From: an uncultured Aquimarina sp.
GTDB lineage: Bacteria > Bacteroidota > Bacteroidia > Flavobacteriales > Flavobacteriaceae
Direction of reading: 5' to 3'
DNA length: 64,000 nt
Assembly (NCBI GenBank): GCA_947497175.1
Contig: CANMFM010000009.1
Span: forward strand, 36,348-100,347
A program made the translations under genes and the position numbers. Positions 21,737 through 31,600 of this stretch are shown piece by piece. Position 1 is the first letter of the stretch. Every line of letters begins with the position of its first letter. The notes under the pieces are model-generated. The model made no database searches. It saw nothing but the letters and a program-made list of their open reading frames with translations, and was not told the DNA's origin.

Positions 21737-22477
21737 TTATACTTGAATAAACTGGCTAATCTTTAAAAATTCACGTGGGCTAAAGCCAAAATTTTCTTTA
21801 AAAACCCTACTAAAATGAGCACTGTCTGAAAAACCGACCAGATGGGCTATTTCTGAAAGAGACTTTTTTCCGAAATAGGGCAAACTTTGTAAAAGTTTGT
21901 TCCATAATTGAGCTCTTCTATATGTAATTCCTGTTTCTTCTTTGAAGAGATGAAGAAATCGGCTCGGTGATATACAGCAATGATTTGCAATTTCATCAAG
22001 TGGTACGATTCTTTCAAAATGATTAGATAAATAGACGATAGCTTCATTTATTCGCTTATCACCCATATGAACCGCAGAACTACAAGAACAGTCGTATTTT
22101 TCTATGATTGAGTTCAACTCAGCTATGGGTAATGATGACTGGTTCTGATCGGCCAAAATTCTTTTCAACTCCAGGGCAGGAGCAAAGCTAACTTCTCGAA
22201 TTTCGTTGTCAGAAGTACAATTCCAAAAGTGTCCAAGGGTGGAAGCAGGATTAATTAATAGCAGAAAATGTCGAGAAACCGAAACAATTTGATGAGGTAC
22301 ATTTGACTTAATTAGTGTTGGGCTTTCAGATTCGAAAGTGGTATTTCTTGTATTTATAATGATTTTATTCTCAAGCGGAATGCTGAGCTGTAAGGCATAG
22401 TGTTTATGTTTTTGGTTATTGTCAAAATGGCCAATGAACCAACCAAAATTTCTGTTAATATGGATTTGATTTTTCAT
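21737..22477 (-). CDS. AraC-family transcriptional regulator
   Basis: C-terminal HTH (SPSRFLHLFKEETGITY..., DSAHFSRVFKENFGFSP). Confidence 0.8.
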   Translation of the reverse strand: MKNQIHINRNFGWFIGHFDNNQKHKHYALQLSIPLENKIIINTRNTTFESESPTLIKSNVPHQIVSVSRHFLLLINPASTLGHFWNCTSDNEIREVSFAPALELKRILADQNQSSLPIAELNSIIEKYDCSCSSAVHMGDKRINEAIVYLSNHFERIVPLDEIANHCCISPSRFLHLFKEETGITYRRAQLWNKLLQSLPYFGKKSLSEIAHLVGFSDSAHFSRVFKENFGFSPREFLKISQFIQV

Positions 22478-22542
22478 TATAGTATTCTAAATAAATCACA
22501 AAAGCATACCTGTAAATCTTTGATGTTTTGTGCATATTCTCA

Positions 22543-22971
22543 TTAATTATCGGCATAGCCTTGATCCCATGTTTTTCCGGGGTTATGGTTTCTAAGATCA
22601 CATTGGAAGTCGGCTGTTGCCTTAAGATTCATAAGTACCGAAACCCATCCTGCTTTGGTTTCACAAAACTCGCTTTCAGGTACATTTTCATTAATTAAGG
22701 TAAGATCAGTTCCGCCATTCTCTAAAGGAATTAATAGAAACTTCACCAAACTATTAAAATAGTCCAAATGGAATTCTTTATTCGGAGTAATTTTTATTAT
22801 CTGACTATCATAGGTTTGACCGTTAGGAAATAAAAATTGAATGATGTTACCTTTCTCGACTTCATTTTCGCACCAGAATTTACTTCTGCCACTAGAAGTT
22901 GTGAGGAAGTTAAACACTGAATTTGGGTCAGATTTTAGATGTAATTTCCAAGTGATTGTTTTCATATGCAA
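22543..22971 (-). CDS. SRPBCC/AHSA1-like small-molecule-binding protein
   Basis: About 140 aa with an AHSA1-like pattern (..GWVSVLMNLKA..). Ends 4 nt from the upstream gene. Confidence 0.6.
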   Translation of the reverse strand: MHMKTITWKLHLKSDPNSVFNFLTTSSGRSKFWCENEVEKGNIIQFLFPNGQTYDSQIIKITPNKEFHLDYFNSLVKFLLIPLENGGTDLTLINENVPESEFCETKAGWVSVLMNLKATADFQCDLRNHNPGKTWDQGYADN

Positions 22972-22975
22972 TTAG

Positions 22976-23851
22976 TTATGAATTATAGACGGTGTTTTGC
23001 AATGTTCTTTTTTGCTTTATTTTTAAATAAGATAAAGAAAATAGCAGCATAGTACCAAAGCCTATAAGGCCTAATACGCCAGCCTCTGGACCATATTCAC
23101 CCCCTGTAAGTAAATCTGATTTTTGATTCTCAATGCGATATAATGAATTTATAGCTTTGTTTCCGCTCATCGTAAATCCTAATAAAGTTTGAGTAAAATT
23201 CCATGCAAAATGTAATCCGATAGACAGTCCTAAATTTTTTGTAATTGCAAAAGGTATACACCAAACCATTCCATTTATTGTTAGAAATGCAATTGAAAGA
23301 ATCGATGCATTATGATTACCGAAATGCGCAAGTCCAAATAGTACAGATGAGAGAAATAAAGAGAACAAAAATACTTTTTTTTCGGATGTTTTTTCTGAAG
23401 TAAAACCTCCATAGAGGGTAGTAAATAAGTATCCTCTAAAAAATGTTTCTTCCAGGATACTTACAAGAAACATTTTAAAAGCAAAAAGCAATACTACTGA
23501 CAATTTTGGGATTGACAAGAAGTCAGAGATTTTTAAAATTCCAGTTATCTTTCCAATAAGTACTAGCAGGATAACTGAAAAAACTCCGATTAGAATACCT
23601 ATAAAAACATATACAAAAGTTTCTGTTTTGAGTACAATACCGTATTCAGAAAAATTTCTTTTATCAAGATATTTAGAATTGATATATAAAGCAAATAGTA
23701 ATATGAATACAGCTCCGATAAATTGTAAATATGAGTTGTTGATTAGAATAAGTGGTGAAATTGCGAAAGAAAATAATAAAACAAAAATAATTATTCGCCA
23801 GAACGTTCTTATTTGGTTGTCATCATTGTAATATAACTTTCTACCGTTCAT
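22976..23851 (-). CDS. CPBP-family intramembrane glutamic endopeptidase (CAAX protease-like)
   Basis: EETFFRGYLF and FGLAHF motifs plus a later H (HFAWNF) in a polytopic protein. Confidence 0.85.
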   Translation of the reverse strand: MNGRKLYYNDDNQIRTFWRIIIFVLLFSFAISPLILINNSYLQFIGAVFILLFALYINSKYLDKRNFSEYGIVLKTETFVYVFIGILIGVFSVILLVLIGKITGILKISDFLSIPKLSVVLLFAFKMFLVSILEETFFRGYLFTTLYGGFTSEKTSEKKVFLFSLFLSSVLFGLAHFGNHNASILSIAFLTINGMVWCIPFAITKNLGLSIGLHFAWNFTQTLLGFTMSGNKAINSLYRIENQKSDLLTGGEYGPEAGVLGLIGFGTMLLFSLSYLKIKQKRTLQNTVYNS

Positions 23852-23914
23852 GTTATCTTCACTATATTCTTTCTTTTCAGAAATGTGCTTTATGACTTTG
23901 ATATTTAAATGAAT

Positions 23915-24208
23915 TTAATCTAAAAATATGGTTAAGGAGTAGCATAGAAAAATAAAAACAGGTATTGATATTCCGCTAAGAGCTATTCTTTTTCTATCTC
24001 TTTTTAAGAATATTGGAAGTAATAAAATGCCTGAAAAAAGCGCAATTAATCCCCTGCCATATCCTTTTAAAAATTCTTCAATTTTTGTTCCAAACAACTC
24101 CCAATGACTTCCTTGGTTTACAAAAGTCCATAAATAGCAAGTTGCCAGAATTCCTAGAAGACTTAATCCGACACTTACTTTTAAATCAATATCTTTTATT
24201 GGCTTCAT
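23915..24208 (-). CDS. Small membrane protein, unknown function
   Basis: 97 aa with 3 predicted TM segments. Confidence 0.45.
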   Translation of the reverse strand: MKPIKDIDLKVSVGLSLLGILATCYLWTFVNQGSHWELFGTKIEEFLKGYGRGLIALFSGILLLPIFLKRDRKRIALSGISIPVFIFLCYSLTIFLD

Positions 24209-24216
24209 TTAAAGAT

Positions 24217-24346
24217 TGCTAACAGTTTTCTGTATGTTTTTATGGTGTATTTCAATACCTAATTTATAAAGTATGAGTTGAATAGAACCCCGATAGATAA
24301 GTGTAAGTAGCTGAATATTGGTAATACATTGTACACCTTGTTTTAC
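24217..24346 (-). repeat. attC-like imperfect palindrome (family C-like, distal remnant)
   Basis: On the + strand it begins TGCTAAC-AGTTTTCTGTATG and ends TGTACACCTT-GTTTTAC. Both ends resemble the site at 35079..35209 (CCAACGGTTTTGTATAT ... TATACACCTTGTTATG). Confidence 0.45.
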
Positions 24347-24353
24347 GTAGCTT

Positions 24354-25586
24354 TTATTCTATTTTACTATTCATGAGCTCAATTGCTTTTTCAAATGTTT
24401 CATCTTTTTTAGTCGTCGATTGTTTCACATAGTAGGTGGGTACATATTTTTCTCTTGGCGTTCCATCAACATGAAAAAGTTTAGCCGTCGAAAGACGATA
24501 TCCAAAAGTTTGATTTTTAAATGAAAATCCGCTCATTTCACCGGCCAATCGTTCCATTTCAGAACCGACAATTTCTGCTCTTTTCATCCCATCAAAGCCA
24601 ATAGCAAGTCCCTCACCCATACTTCCTGTCCATCGTCCAACCAGAATCACTACTGGGTTTTTATAGTGTTCTTTTCTTGGGCTTACATACTCAACCCAGC
24701 TTCTTTCAATTTTTGGATTCTTACCATATTGTTCGGTTGTCCAATGTTTTTGATACGGTTTCATTTCTTTAATAAATCTGCCCATAATTGCGCGAGCAAC
24801 ATAGGAGTTTCCACCGTCAACCGTATTTCTCAAGTCGATTATCAAACCTTTAGAATTCATTAATTTATCAAGGGCATTATCAAATAAGTGTATCAGATTA
24901 TTGTTTCCTAATGAATTATTTATGCGCAGTATTCCGATACCATTTTCTTTAGTTGATGTTAGAAGTTCTGAAGTCAATTTACTTTTGAGTGTATCCAGAT
25001 CAAGTTCGATCGTTTTTTTATTCTCTAATTTTAAAGTCAGAATTCTTGGTTGATTATAACGACCTGCTAAAATTTTGTTTGCAATCCATTCTCTTACGTT
25101 TTGAGAATTTTTATCATTACAATGGGTTGGAAATTGCTCAATGGCTACATGAAAATCTACTCCGTTTATTTTTAGTAATTCTGCTCCAATTATATTCTGT
25201 TCAAAATCCTTTATTTGAGTTTGCCATACATTAGAAATGATAGGTTTTCCACTTTTAAGAGTTGCATATACTGGTGAGAATAATCGAAAAGAGGAGCTTC
25301 TGTTGGTATTTAAAATCAAATGGCTATCGTAAAATTCGTCTAACAAATACTCGAAGAAAAGTACAATTTGATCTTCGGTTTTAATCTTTGGAATTTGTTT
25401 CTCATAATATTCTTTAATGCAATTTAAGTCAATATTTTTTTCTTGTAGATACACGTAATTCTGTGATATATCGGCAATGATTTCGTTTACATCTTCTTTG
25501 ATTTTTAGCGGGTCAATTTTGCTGTCTTGTGAAGTAGCACAAGAAAAATTAAGAATACTAATAAACGTTAAAATCAATTTTTTCAT
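24354..25586 (-). CDS. S41-family peptidase lipoprotein
   Basis: Lipobox NFSC, LIIDLRNTVDGGNS and VGRWTGSMGEGLA motifs. Confidence 0.8.
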   Translation of the reverse strand: MKKLILTFISILNFSCATSQDSKIDPLKIKEDVNEIIADISQNYVYLQEKNIDLNCIKEYYEKQIPKIKTEDQIVLFFEYLLDEFYDSHLILNTNRSSSFRLFSPVYATLKSGKPIISNVWQTQIKDFEQNIIGAELLKINGVDFHVAIEQFPTHCNDKNSQNVREWIANKILAGRYNQPRILTLKLENKKTIELDLDTLKSKLTSELLTSTKENGIGILRINNSLGNNNLIHLFDNALDKLMNSKGLIIDLRNTVDGGNSYVARAIMGRFIKEMKPYQKHWTTEQYGKNPKIERSWVEYVSPRKEHYKNPVVILVGRWTGSMGEGLAIGFDGMKRAEIVGSEMERLAGEMSGFSFKNQTFGYRLSTAKLFHVDGTPREKYVPTYYVKQSTTKKDETFEKAIELMNSKIE

Positions 25587-25770
25587 TTATGTATAGATTG
25601 TTGTTTTCAAATTACATGAACCACAGTAGCCTAAAGGTTAATGATTATTTTTTATGAATACTATTGAATGTAATTGCGAAATGATTCTTAGTACTTTGTT
25701 AGTGCTCTTGTCAAAATATGTTGTTGATAAAGATAAAAATTTGGTACACGTGCTAAATTAGTTTACGACC

Positions 25771-26424
25771 TTATCGTTTTTTTAAAGTCATATTCCTAAA
25801 TCTTCCAGAAGAACCGAACCCTGTCCAAATTCCTATGGTTTTTGATTTTATTGAAGTTAATCTATCAACAACTAGGACTGGCTCTGGTATATTGTTTACA
25901 TATACTTGTACCTTATCGTCATCAATTTTAAGTGTTGCTTTGAACCAATCATTAGGATTTGGTGGTGTTTTAATTTCATTTTCAAATTCTCCTGTATTTT
26001 CTTCTCTAAGTTTTCTCCATGTAAATTCGGGATGGTAAATGTATTGAACCATATGCGCTTTTCTTGTTTGTTCTTTTGCGACAAAATTAAAGGGCCTGAA
26101 ATATATAGCTTCATATGTTTGGTCATTTTGAATATTAAAAGCTATTCCAATAAAACTTTTACCCGGATTATTCTCGCCTAGAAGTTCAACCTCAATGATC
26201 CCTTGCCCGAATTCGATACCTTCTAAAATTCCAAGGCCATCAGTATTCTTTGCATCCATTTCAATCGCATTCTTAAGATCTCCATACACTGATATATTGC
26301 GGTTTATAGCTTTTACTTTTTTGTTCTGAAATTGGTCTGACAAGTTTATTTGTTGTTGTCCAAACGAACATGTAGCTAGCAACCATAATATTCCGAAAAC
26401 CGCTTTTATTTTTTGTTTTTTCAT
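25771..26424 (-). CDS. Secreted concanavalin-A-like (DUF1080/LamG-type) protein
   Basis: Signal peptide. GIIEVELLGE..GKSFIGIAFN...YEAIYFRP pattern. Confidence 0.5.
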   Translation of the reverse strand: MKKQKIKAVFGILWLLATCSFGQQQINLSDQFQNKKVKAINRNISVYGDLKNAIEMDAKNTDGLGILEGIEFGQGIIEVELLGENNPGKSFIGIAFNIQNDQTYEAIYFRPFNFVAKEQTRKAHMVQYIYHPEFTWRKLREENTGEFENEIKTPPNPNDWFKATLKIDDDKVQVYVNNIPEPVLVVDRLTSIKSKTIGIWTGFGSSGRFRNMTLKKR

Positions 26425-26658
26425 ATGGCTAGTTATTTTAATTACCTTCAGTCGGTTTGTTTATAATTAAATGAGATAATGTATATCAGGACTTCATATT
26501 GCTCTTAAAGATAATTAATGTAAATGAATTTCAACTATGGAAATTTTGCATCTCTAATTCTACACTTTCTCAATAAACATTTTTTGTCTACTACGGTAGT
26601 TTTTGCAAATTTATTCCTGCTTATGGTTAGAGTTTGATATCATAATTATGGAAACAAT

Positions 26659-26819
26659 TTCTAACATAAATAAATATGTTAATAGGCTCTCTTATTTTAA
26701 AGTCTGGATGAGTGTTAACTGTTTTTGTAATTTACTGGCATACCATATTTGTGTAATACCAAATATTTGTCAACCTTTCGATTATTGATCAAAAGTGGCT
26801 AAGATCATATATATCGTAT
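26659..26819 (-). repeat. Degenerate family-A attC-like element
   Basis: The right half CAACCTTTCGATTATTGATCAAAAGTGGCTAAGATCATATATATCGTATTATAAG aligns with family A (CAATCTTTCGATTCATCGCTTAGCTGCTATGAGCACATATATGGCGTTGTATAAT). The left end TTTCTAAC-ATAAATAAATATG aligns with CACAAC-GTTTAATATATATG. GTT is mutated to GTA. Confidence 0.45.
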
Positions 26820-26829
26820 TATAAGAAGT

Positions 26830-27963
26830 TTAGTCTTTATGACCTACAAGAGTTTTATACAGGTTATTTCTATCTATAATATAAACAGTATCATTTCTTA
26901 CATCAAGCCCATAAGAATCTCCCACAAAAAATACGTTGCTGTCGGTTTTGGTTAAAAAAGGTCGAAAATTGCTTTCTTTGTCATTTATAGAGTAAACAAA
27001 CGTCTCCCTCTCTTCGTTATTGAATGATTGAGCTGAAGTAATTAAGATCTGGTCTTTTAAAAACAAAATATCGCTTATATTGCTCTTAACAGACTCTCGG
27101 GGTACTTCGATCGTATTCCAAGTTTTTCCACCATCATTTGTGTTTAATAATGTACCGTTTGATCCACCAATAAAACCTGTATTTATATCTTTAAAATCAA
27201 TAGAATTTAGTTGCTTGTATTCATTTTCACTTCTATAAAGTAATTCCCAATTATTGCCTTGATCTATACTTTTATAACATTTCCCAGATTGTGTAACCAG
27301 GATAACTTCATTTTCTGACATTATTTTAAAATCTGTTATGGCAGACTCTTTACCAACTAATCCTTTTGTTTCAATAATACTCCAATCAGCTCCTCCGTTT
27401 ATTGTTTTTAGCAAAACTGAATGTCCGTTTTGTTCTCCTGCAATAAAACCTAACAGGTGATTAAAAAAATGTATTTTATAATATTTGACTTGAAGTATAT
27501 CATTAGTTTTAAAAAGATATTCTGTATTAAATACACTCCAGTTTTCTCCAAAATCTGAGCTTTTAAAAATGTATTTACTTTCACCAACAATGAAAAGTGA
27601 TTTTTCAGAGAATGATATAGAATGAAACGAATTAGCAAAGCTTGAAAAACGAAATTGTTTCCAGGTTTCGCCTCCGTTTTCCGTTATTCTTACTCTAAGC
27701 CCTGTTCCTCCGACTAATACACCTATATTTTCCGTTTTAAACTTTACACTGTTATAGAAATGAAATCCAGTTTCTTCCAAATGATGTAATACAGATACTT
27801 TTTGGTTCGTATTTGTATTCAAAAAATCGTATTTCTTTTGAGTTATATTATTGACAATATCAACTTCTAATTCTAAAACTTCATGTATATCAATGTAGTT
27901 ATTCTTAGAACAAGAGTAAACAATGCAAAGCGTTAATAAAAAATGAATTTTGAAGTTCTTCAT
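26830..27963 (-). CDS. BNR/Asp-box repeat beta-propeller protein (Ycf48-like)
   Basis: Repeated SxDxGxTW-type boxes: TENGGETWK, SDFGENWS, INGGADWS, IDQGNNWE, TNDGGKTWN. Confidence 0.8.
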   Translation of the reverse strand: MKNFKIHFLLTLCIVYSCSKNNYIDIHEVLELEVDIVNNITQKKYDFLNTNTNQKVSVLHHLEETGFHFYNSVKFKTENIGVLVGGTGLRVRITENGGETWKQFRFSSFANSFHSISFSEKSLFIVGESKYIFKSSDFGENWSVFNTEYLFKTNDILQVKYYKIHFFNHLLGFIAGEQNGHSVLLKTINGGADWSIIETKGLVGKESAITDFKIMSENEVILVTQSGKCYKSIDQGNNWELLYRSENEYKQLNSIDFKDINTGFIGGSNGTLLNTNDGGKTWNTIEVPRESVKSNISDILFLKDQILITSAQSFNNEERETFVYSINDKESNFRPFLTKTDSNVFFVGDSYGLDVRNDTVYIIDRNNLYKTLVGHKD

Positions 27964-28003
27964 AATATTTGTTAAGGTAGATATATCGATAGCAATACTA
28001 CTA

Positions 28004-28903
28004 TTATTGTTTTGATCTTAATTTTTCTAAAACCTGTGTACTTACCCAAAAAATATCTACATTTTCGTAATCTTTTGAACCCATATTTCTATTGAAGAAA
28101 AGGTATTTACCATCAGGTGTAACGCTGGCACAGGCTTCCCAAGCATTTGTATTTATTTTATCTCCTAAATTAATAGGGTCACCCCAAGAACCATTTTGCT
28201 TACGAAAACTAATGTAAATATCTGAATCACCGTATCCATCTTCTCTAGTGCTATCAAATATTAGGTAAGATTCATCTGGCGCAATAAAGGGATGAAAACT
28301 TTTTCCTGTATTAATTTTTTTATTTAGCAACTTTGGTTCTTCATGTTTTCCATTTATAATTCGTGAATAACGAATATCGCCAGTAAGGTCACGTTTAAAT
28401 TCATCAAAAAAATAAGTACCCTTGGAAGAAACGGTAAGACGCATTGTAGGTAAACTGTCAAAAGGAGGTTCGAGTTTTCTTATTTCGGACCAGCTTCCAT
28501 TATGGGTACGTTCTCTATATTTTCTGCTCAAATACATAGTTTTTCCATCGGGAGAGATAAAAGGTGTTCCCAATCTTGGCGATACGACAGATTTTTGCCA
28601 TTGATTATTGTTATTTTGAACGACCACTAGTTTCATTTTATCATCTTCATCTTTCTCCTCAGCTTGTCTAAGGAAATAAAATTCTTTGAGGTCAGGTGAA
28701 AAACCACCACAATTTTCCCATCCATCTGTGGTAACGAGTCCCGGAGCAAAAGGTTCAGGTATGAGACCAGGAGTTTTTTGGCCAAGGTAAGGACTGTCTT
28801 GAGTTGATGAACGCTTCTCTTTGGAGTTTGTTTTTTGAGTATTGCAGGCATTTAGAAGTAATGAAAATACCAGTACAGAAAATATGATTACGTAATTTCT
28901 CAA
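28004..28903 (-). CDS. PD40 (TolB-like) beta-propeller repeat lipoprotein
   Basis: TTG start, lipobox LLNAC. PD40 motifs ISPDGKTMYLSR, IAPDESYLIFDS and VTPDGKYLFFNR. Confidence 0.75.
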   Translation of the reverse strand: MRNYVIIFSVLVFSLLLNACNTQKTNSKEKRSSTQDSPYLGQKTPGLIPEPFAPGLVTTDGWENCGGFSPDLKEFYFLRQAEEKDEDDKMKLVVVQNNNNQWQKSVVSPRLGTPFISPDGKTMYLSRKYRERTHNGSWSEIRKLEPPFDSLPTMRLTVSSKGTYFFDEFKRDLTGDIRYSRIINGKHEEPKLLNKKINTGKSFHPFIAPDESYLIFDSTREDGYGDSDIYISFRKQNGSWGDPINLGDKINTNAWEACASVTPDGKYLFFNRNMGSKDYENVDIFWVSTQVLEKLRSKQ

Positions 28904-28925
28904 TGTTTAACATGTTTTTAATTAC

Positions 28926-28998
28926 GACCAACGGTTACTATATCATTTTGTAGCGGGATGGTCTAAAATTAAGGTTCCGCATTGCTCAAAGGTAACAA
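28926..28998 (-). repeat. attC-like imperfect palindrome (short, family C-like)
   Basis: GACCAAC-GGTTACTATATCATTTTGTAGCGGGA ... TTCCGCATTGCTCAAAG-GTAACAA. The GTAGCGGGA/TTCCGCAT arms are inverted. The right box is degenerate. Confidence 0.5.
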
Positions 28999-29103
28999 AT
29001 GCATGTGAAATTCTATTAAGAATATCAGTTGCTATCATTCCATATTTGTAATATCTGGTTTTTTTTAAAAATAATTTTGTAAAGCTACCGAGGTGAATTA
29101 ATG

Positions 29104-29266
29104 ATTGCTTGTGTTTGTTTTTAGAATTTAGATATCAGTGCATAATGCCCTGAGCTTTGAGTAATTGTGTAAAGAGTGACGTTTGACCTTGCAATACCAA
29201 AGTGAAAATTATTGAAGATTTTTGAAAGTAGGCGAGAACAGGCAATAATTGAGAACATTGTTGGTC
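29104..29266 (-). repeat. attC-like element (family B, left end degenerate)
   Basis: The right half GATTTTTGAAAGTAGGCGAGAACAGGCAATAATTGAGAACATTGTTGGTC aligns with 43561..43611. The left end ATTGCTTGT-GTTTG lacks the AAC/AAT box seen at 30454. Confidence 0.5.
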
Positions 29267-29448
29267 AGCTACTTTTGCTTCAATAAATTCTATAGTCTTT
29301 CTATGAGCTTAAGTGTCTCAAAAGTCAGAGCCTTTCTAATCTTTGGAAACATGTCCTTACCAAACTGTTGCTTAGGCTTTAATGGTAGTTATTTTTTATT
29401 TTGTTTTTTTAAAACTCCAGTTACATTCTCAATATTTTTACCAATCAT

Positions 29449-29874
29449 TTATTGTATTTGGATTAGTGTTCTTAATCCGTGTATCATTATCATTGATGCT
29501 TTTCCAGTTTCAATGAAGTATTTGATTTCGGTTCCATTTTCTAATTGTAAAAGACCAAATGTAAGAGGTTCCCCATTTAACCCTTTAAAGTCTCCGTATG
29601 ATTTGAGAGTTGCACCATTCACATTTCCAATATTTTCAATTTTGTTCTCGTTGGTGATTAGCTTTTGAGTTGTCAAAATGCTGTAGTGTTCAGAATCAAT
29701 AACGGTTGAGCAGATAATTAATTCATTTTCTATTCGTTCGAGTTGAAGTCCAGAATATTGAAATTCAGCATTGGATTCATAAAACTTGGTCCATTTAAAG
29801 TCATACGGCTTAATGGTACTTCTTTTTATAGAAGCTACAGAAATATGATGTATAGCTTTGTCAGACTTCCTCAT
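29449..29874 (-). CDS. Hypothetical protein (cassette-borne)
   Basis: 141-aa ORF with plausible composition. No recognisable motif. Confidence 0.5.
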   Translation of the reverse strand: MRKSDKAIHHISVASIKRSTIKPYDFKWTKFYESNAEFQYSGLQLERIENELIICSTVIDSEHYSILTTQKLITNENKIENIGNVNGATLKSYGDFKGLNGEPLTFGLLQLENGTEIKYFIETGKASMIMIHGLRTLIQIQ

Positions 29875-29911
29875 TTTTCAGTATTGCTAATATTCTGAAT
29901 AAATACTCGTT

Positions 29912-30448
29912 TTAGTCACGGTTATTTTTTGTTAAACGTTTTTTGTTACACCAATACCAGACGGCATCTTCACTCCCAGGTTCATAGGGAGCAAATTTGT
30001 CAAATTCCATCCCGACTTTTTCCAGTACTCTGATCGATGCTTTGTTTTCTTTCATTGCAATCGCAATTATCCTTTCTAATTTGAGTTTATCAAATCCATA
30101 AGTCAAAATTGCATGAGATGCTTCTGTTGCAATACCTGATCCCCAAAATGCAGGTAAGAATCTATAGCCAATGTCGATTTCATCAAATTCTGGCAGATAT
30201 GCCAAACCAGCCCAACCTACAAATTGCATCCCATTCTTCAGCACAGTAGCCCATCTTCCGTATCCATACTTCTTGTAGTTGGCAATTCTTATCTGTATTG
30301 CCTTTTCTATTTCGTCTATAGATTGAACTACAGGTTCTCCTGTATATTTTTGTACCTCTGGATCTGAATGTAACTTAAATATTTCCTCCTTATCATCCAG
30401 AGTGATTTTTCTTAACAATAATCTTTCTGTTTCTAGTAGAGGTTTCAC
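29912..30448 (-). CDS. GNAT-family N-acetyltransferase (RimJ/RimL-like)
   Basis: GTG start. LLLRKITLDD...GYRFLPAFWGSGIATEA pattern. Confidence 0.85.
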   Translation of the reverse strand: MKPLLETERLLLRKITLDDKEEIFKLHSDPEVQKYTGEPVVQSIDEIEKAIQIRIANYKKYGYGRWATVLKNGMQFVGWAGLAYLPEFDEIDIGYRFLPAFWGSGIATEASHAILTYGFDKLKLERIIAIAMKENKASIRVLEKVGMEFDKFAPYEPGSEDAVWYWCNKKRLTKNNRD

Positions 30449-30456
30449 TTTATTGC

Positions 30457-30588
30457 TTGTAATGGGTTTGTCTAGTAATATTTATGCTGTTTAAGTATCT
30501 AATATAGTAAATACAAACCGAATCGAAAGTTCCCTTGGATGTTTACAAGTAGGCGAGTACTGGTAATGAATCATGCCCGGAGTTATTT
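30457..30588 (-). repeat. attC-like imperfect palindrome (family B-like)
   Basis: Left TGCTTGTAAT-GGGTTTGTCTAG. Right half AAACCGAATCGAAAG...AGTAGGCGAGTACTGGTAATGAATCATGCCCGGA-GTTATTT aligns with 33530..33601. The stop codon of 30583..30771 lies inside the GTTA box. Confidence 0.55.
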
Positions 30589-30771
30589 TTTCACAGGTCT
30601 ATAATTGCAAGCTCTATTTTCTGCGTATTCAATTTTATGTTCAGATAGAAGTTGTGAAATTATTTCTCTCGTTTCATTTTCGTCAAGATATAATTTTTCA
30701 CCAAGGTCAATTTCATTTAGCCGACCATTGTTTTTTATGAATGCGTCATAATACCGTTTTTTATTTTCCAT
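30583..30771 (-). CDS. Small hypothetical protein
   Basis: 62 aa. Overlaps the upstream methyltransferase gene by 11 nt, which suggests translational coupling. Confidence 0.45.
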   Translation of the reverse strand: MENKKRYYDAFIKNNGRLNEIDLGEKLYLDENETREIISQLLSEHKIEYAENRACNYRPVKK

Positions 30772-31600
30772 AAGTGTTTTGTTTTTTTACAGCGATCATC
30801 ATATGTGGGCTAAATGATAATAAGTTACTGTCGTTTTCTGTTACTTTTATAAGCTCTAATAGCGTTTTTTTCTTTTTATCATGTAGCATATTAATAAAAT
30901 AATCTTTATCTAGCCAAGACATTCCCTCTACTGCATATGTGTTAATGTAAGTTAGTTTTTGAGTTGTAAATTCTTGTTTAAGTTGTTCTGGTTTATGATA
31001 ATAACCTTCAGTTAATAGCCAAGGAAAATCATCAGGTGGATTATGTATTCCACTTGTCAACTCTTGTTTACACATTTCAAAAAATGTCTTTTTATGAATT
31101 AAACCGTTTAATAAACCAACCAAAGTTGATGCAGTATAATTAATGGCAAACCCCAAAATTATTCCATTATTTTTAAGAACACGTTTAGCTTCACGTATGG
31201 TTAAATCTCTATCTTCTTTTTTTTGAAGATGATAAAGAGGGCCGTGTAAGATTATCAAGTCGGCAAAATTATTAGGAAATTCTAATTTTCGAGATTCGCC
31301 TAATTGAACACAAAATTTGTTTTTTAATTTGTTTGCTCTGTTTTTAGCTATTTCAATATGTTTTGAAATAGGTTCTATTAAATAAACTTGATGTCCTTTT
31401 TTTGCAAGCCATTCAGAATATTTTCCAGTGCCACCTCCAACATCTATTATTTTTGAACTTGAGGATGATATGTATTTTTCTATAAGTGATTTAATTCTTT
31501 CAAATTCAAAAACTCCCATGCCCTTGTTAAGTCTAGTTTCTTCTGATGCTTTATTGTAGAATAGTTCTATGTTTCTACTAATTAATTGTTTATGGTTCAT
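30761..31600 (-). CDS. Class I SAM-dependent methyltransferase
   Basis: Motif I IIDVGGGTGKYSEWLAKKG. 279 aa. Confidence 0.85.
   Translation of the reverse strand: MNHKQLISRNIELFYNKASEETRLNKGMGVFEFERIKSLIEKYISSSSSKIIDVGGGTGKYSEWLAKKGHQVYLIEPISKHIEIAKNRANKLKNKFCVQLGESRKLEFPNNFADLIILHGPLYHLQKKEDRDLTIREAKRVLKNNGIILGFAINYTASTLVGLLNGLIHKKTFFEMCKQELTSGIHNPPDDFPWLLTEGYYHKPEQLKQEFTTQKLTYINTYAVEGMSWLDKDYFINMLHDKKKKTLLELIKVTENDSNLLSFSPHMMIAVKKQNTYGK

Noticed and set aside
25587-25770. 184-bp spacer upstream of the S41 peptidase gene as another attC-like site.
   Set aside because: I could not find an AAC...GTT palindrome or similarity to families A-C. Only a GTTTACGACC string vaguely resembles other ends.
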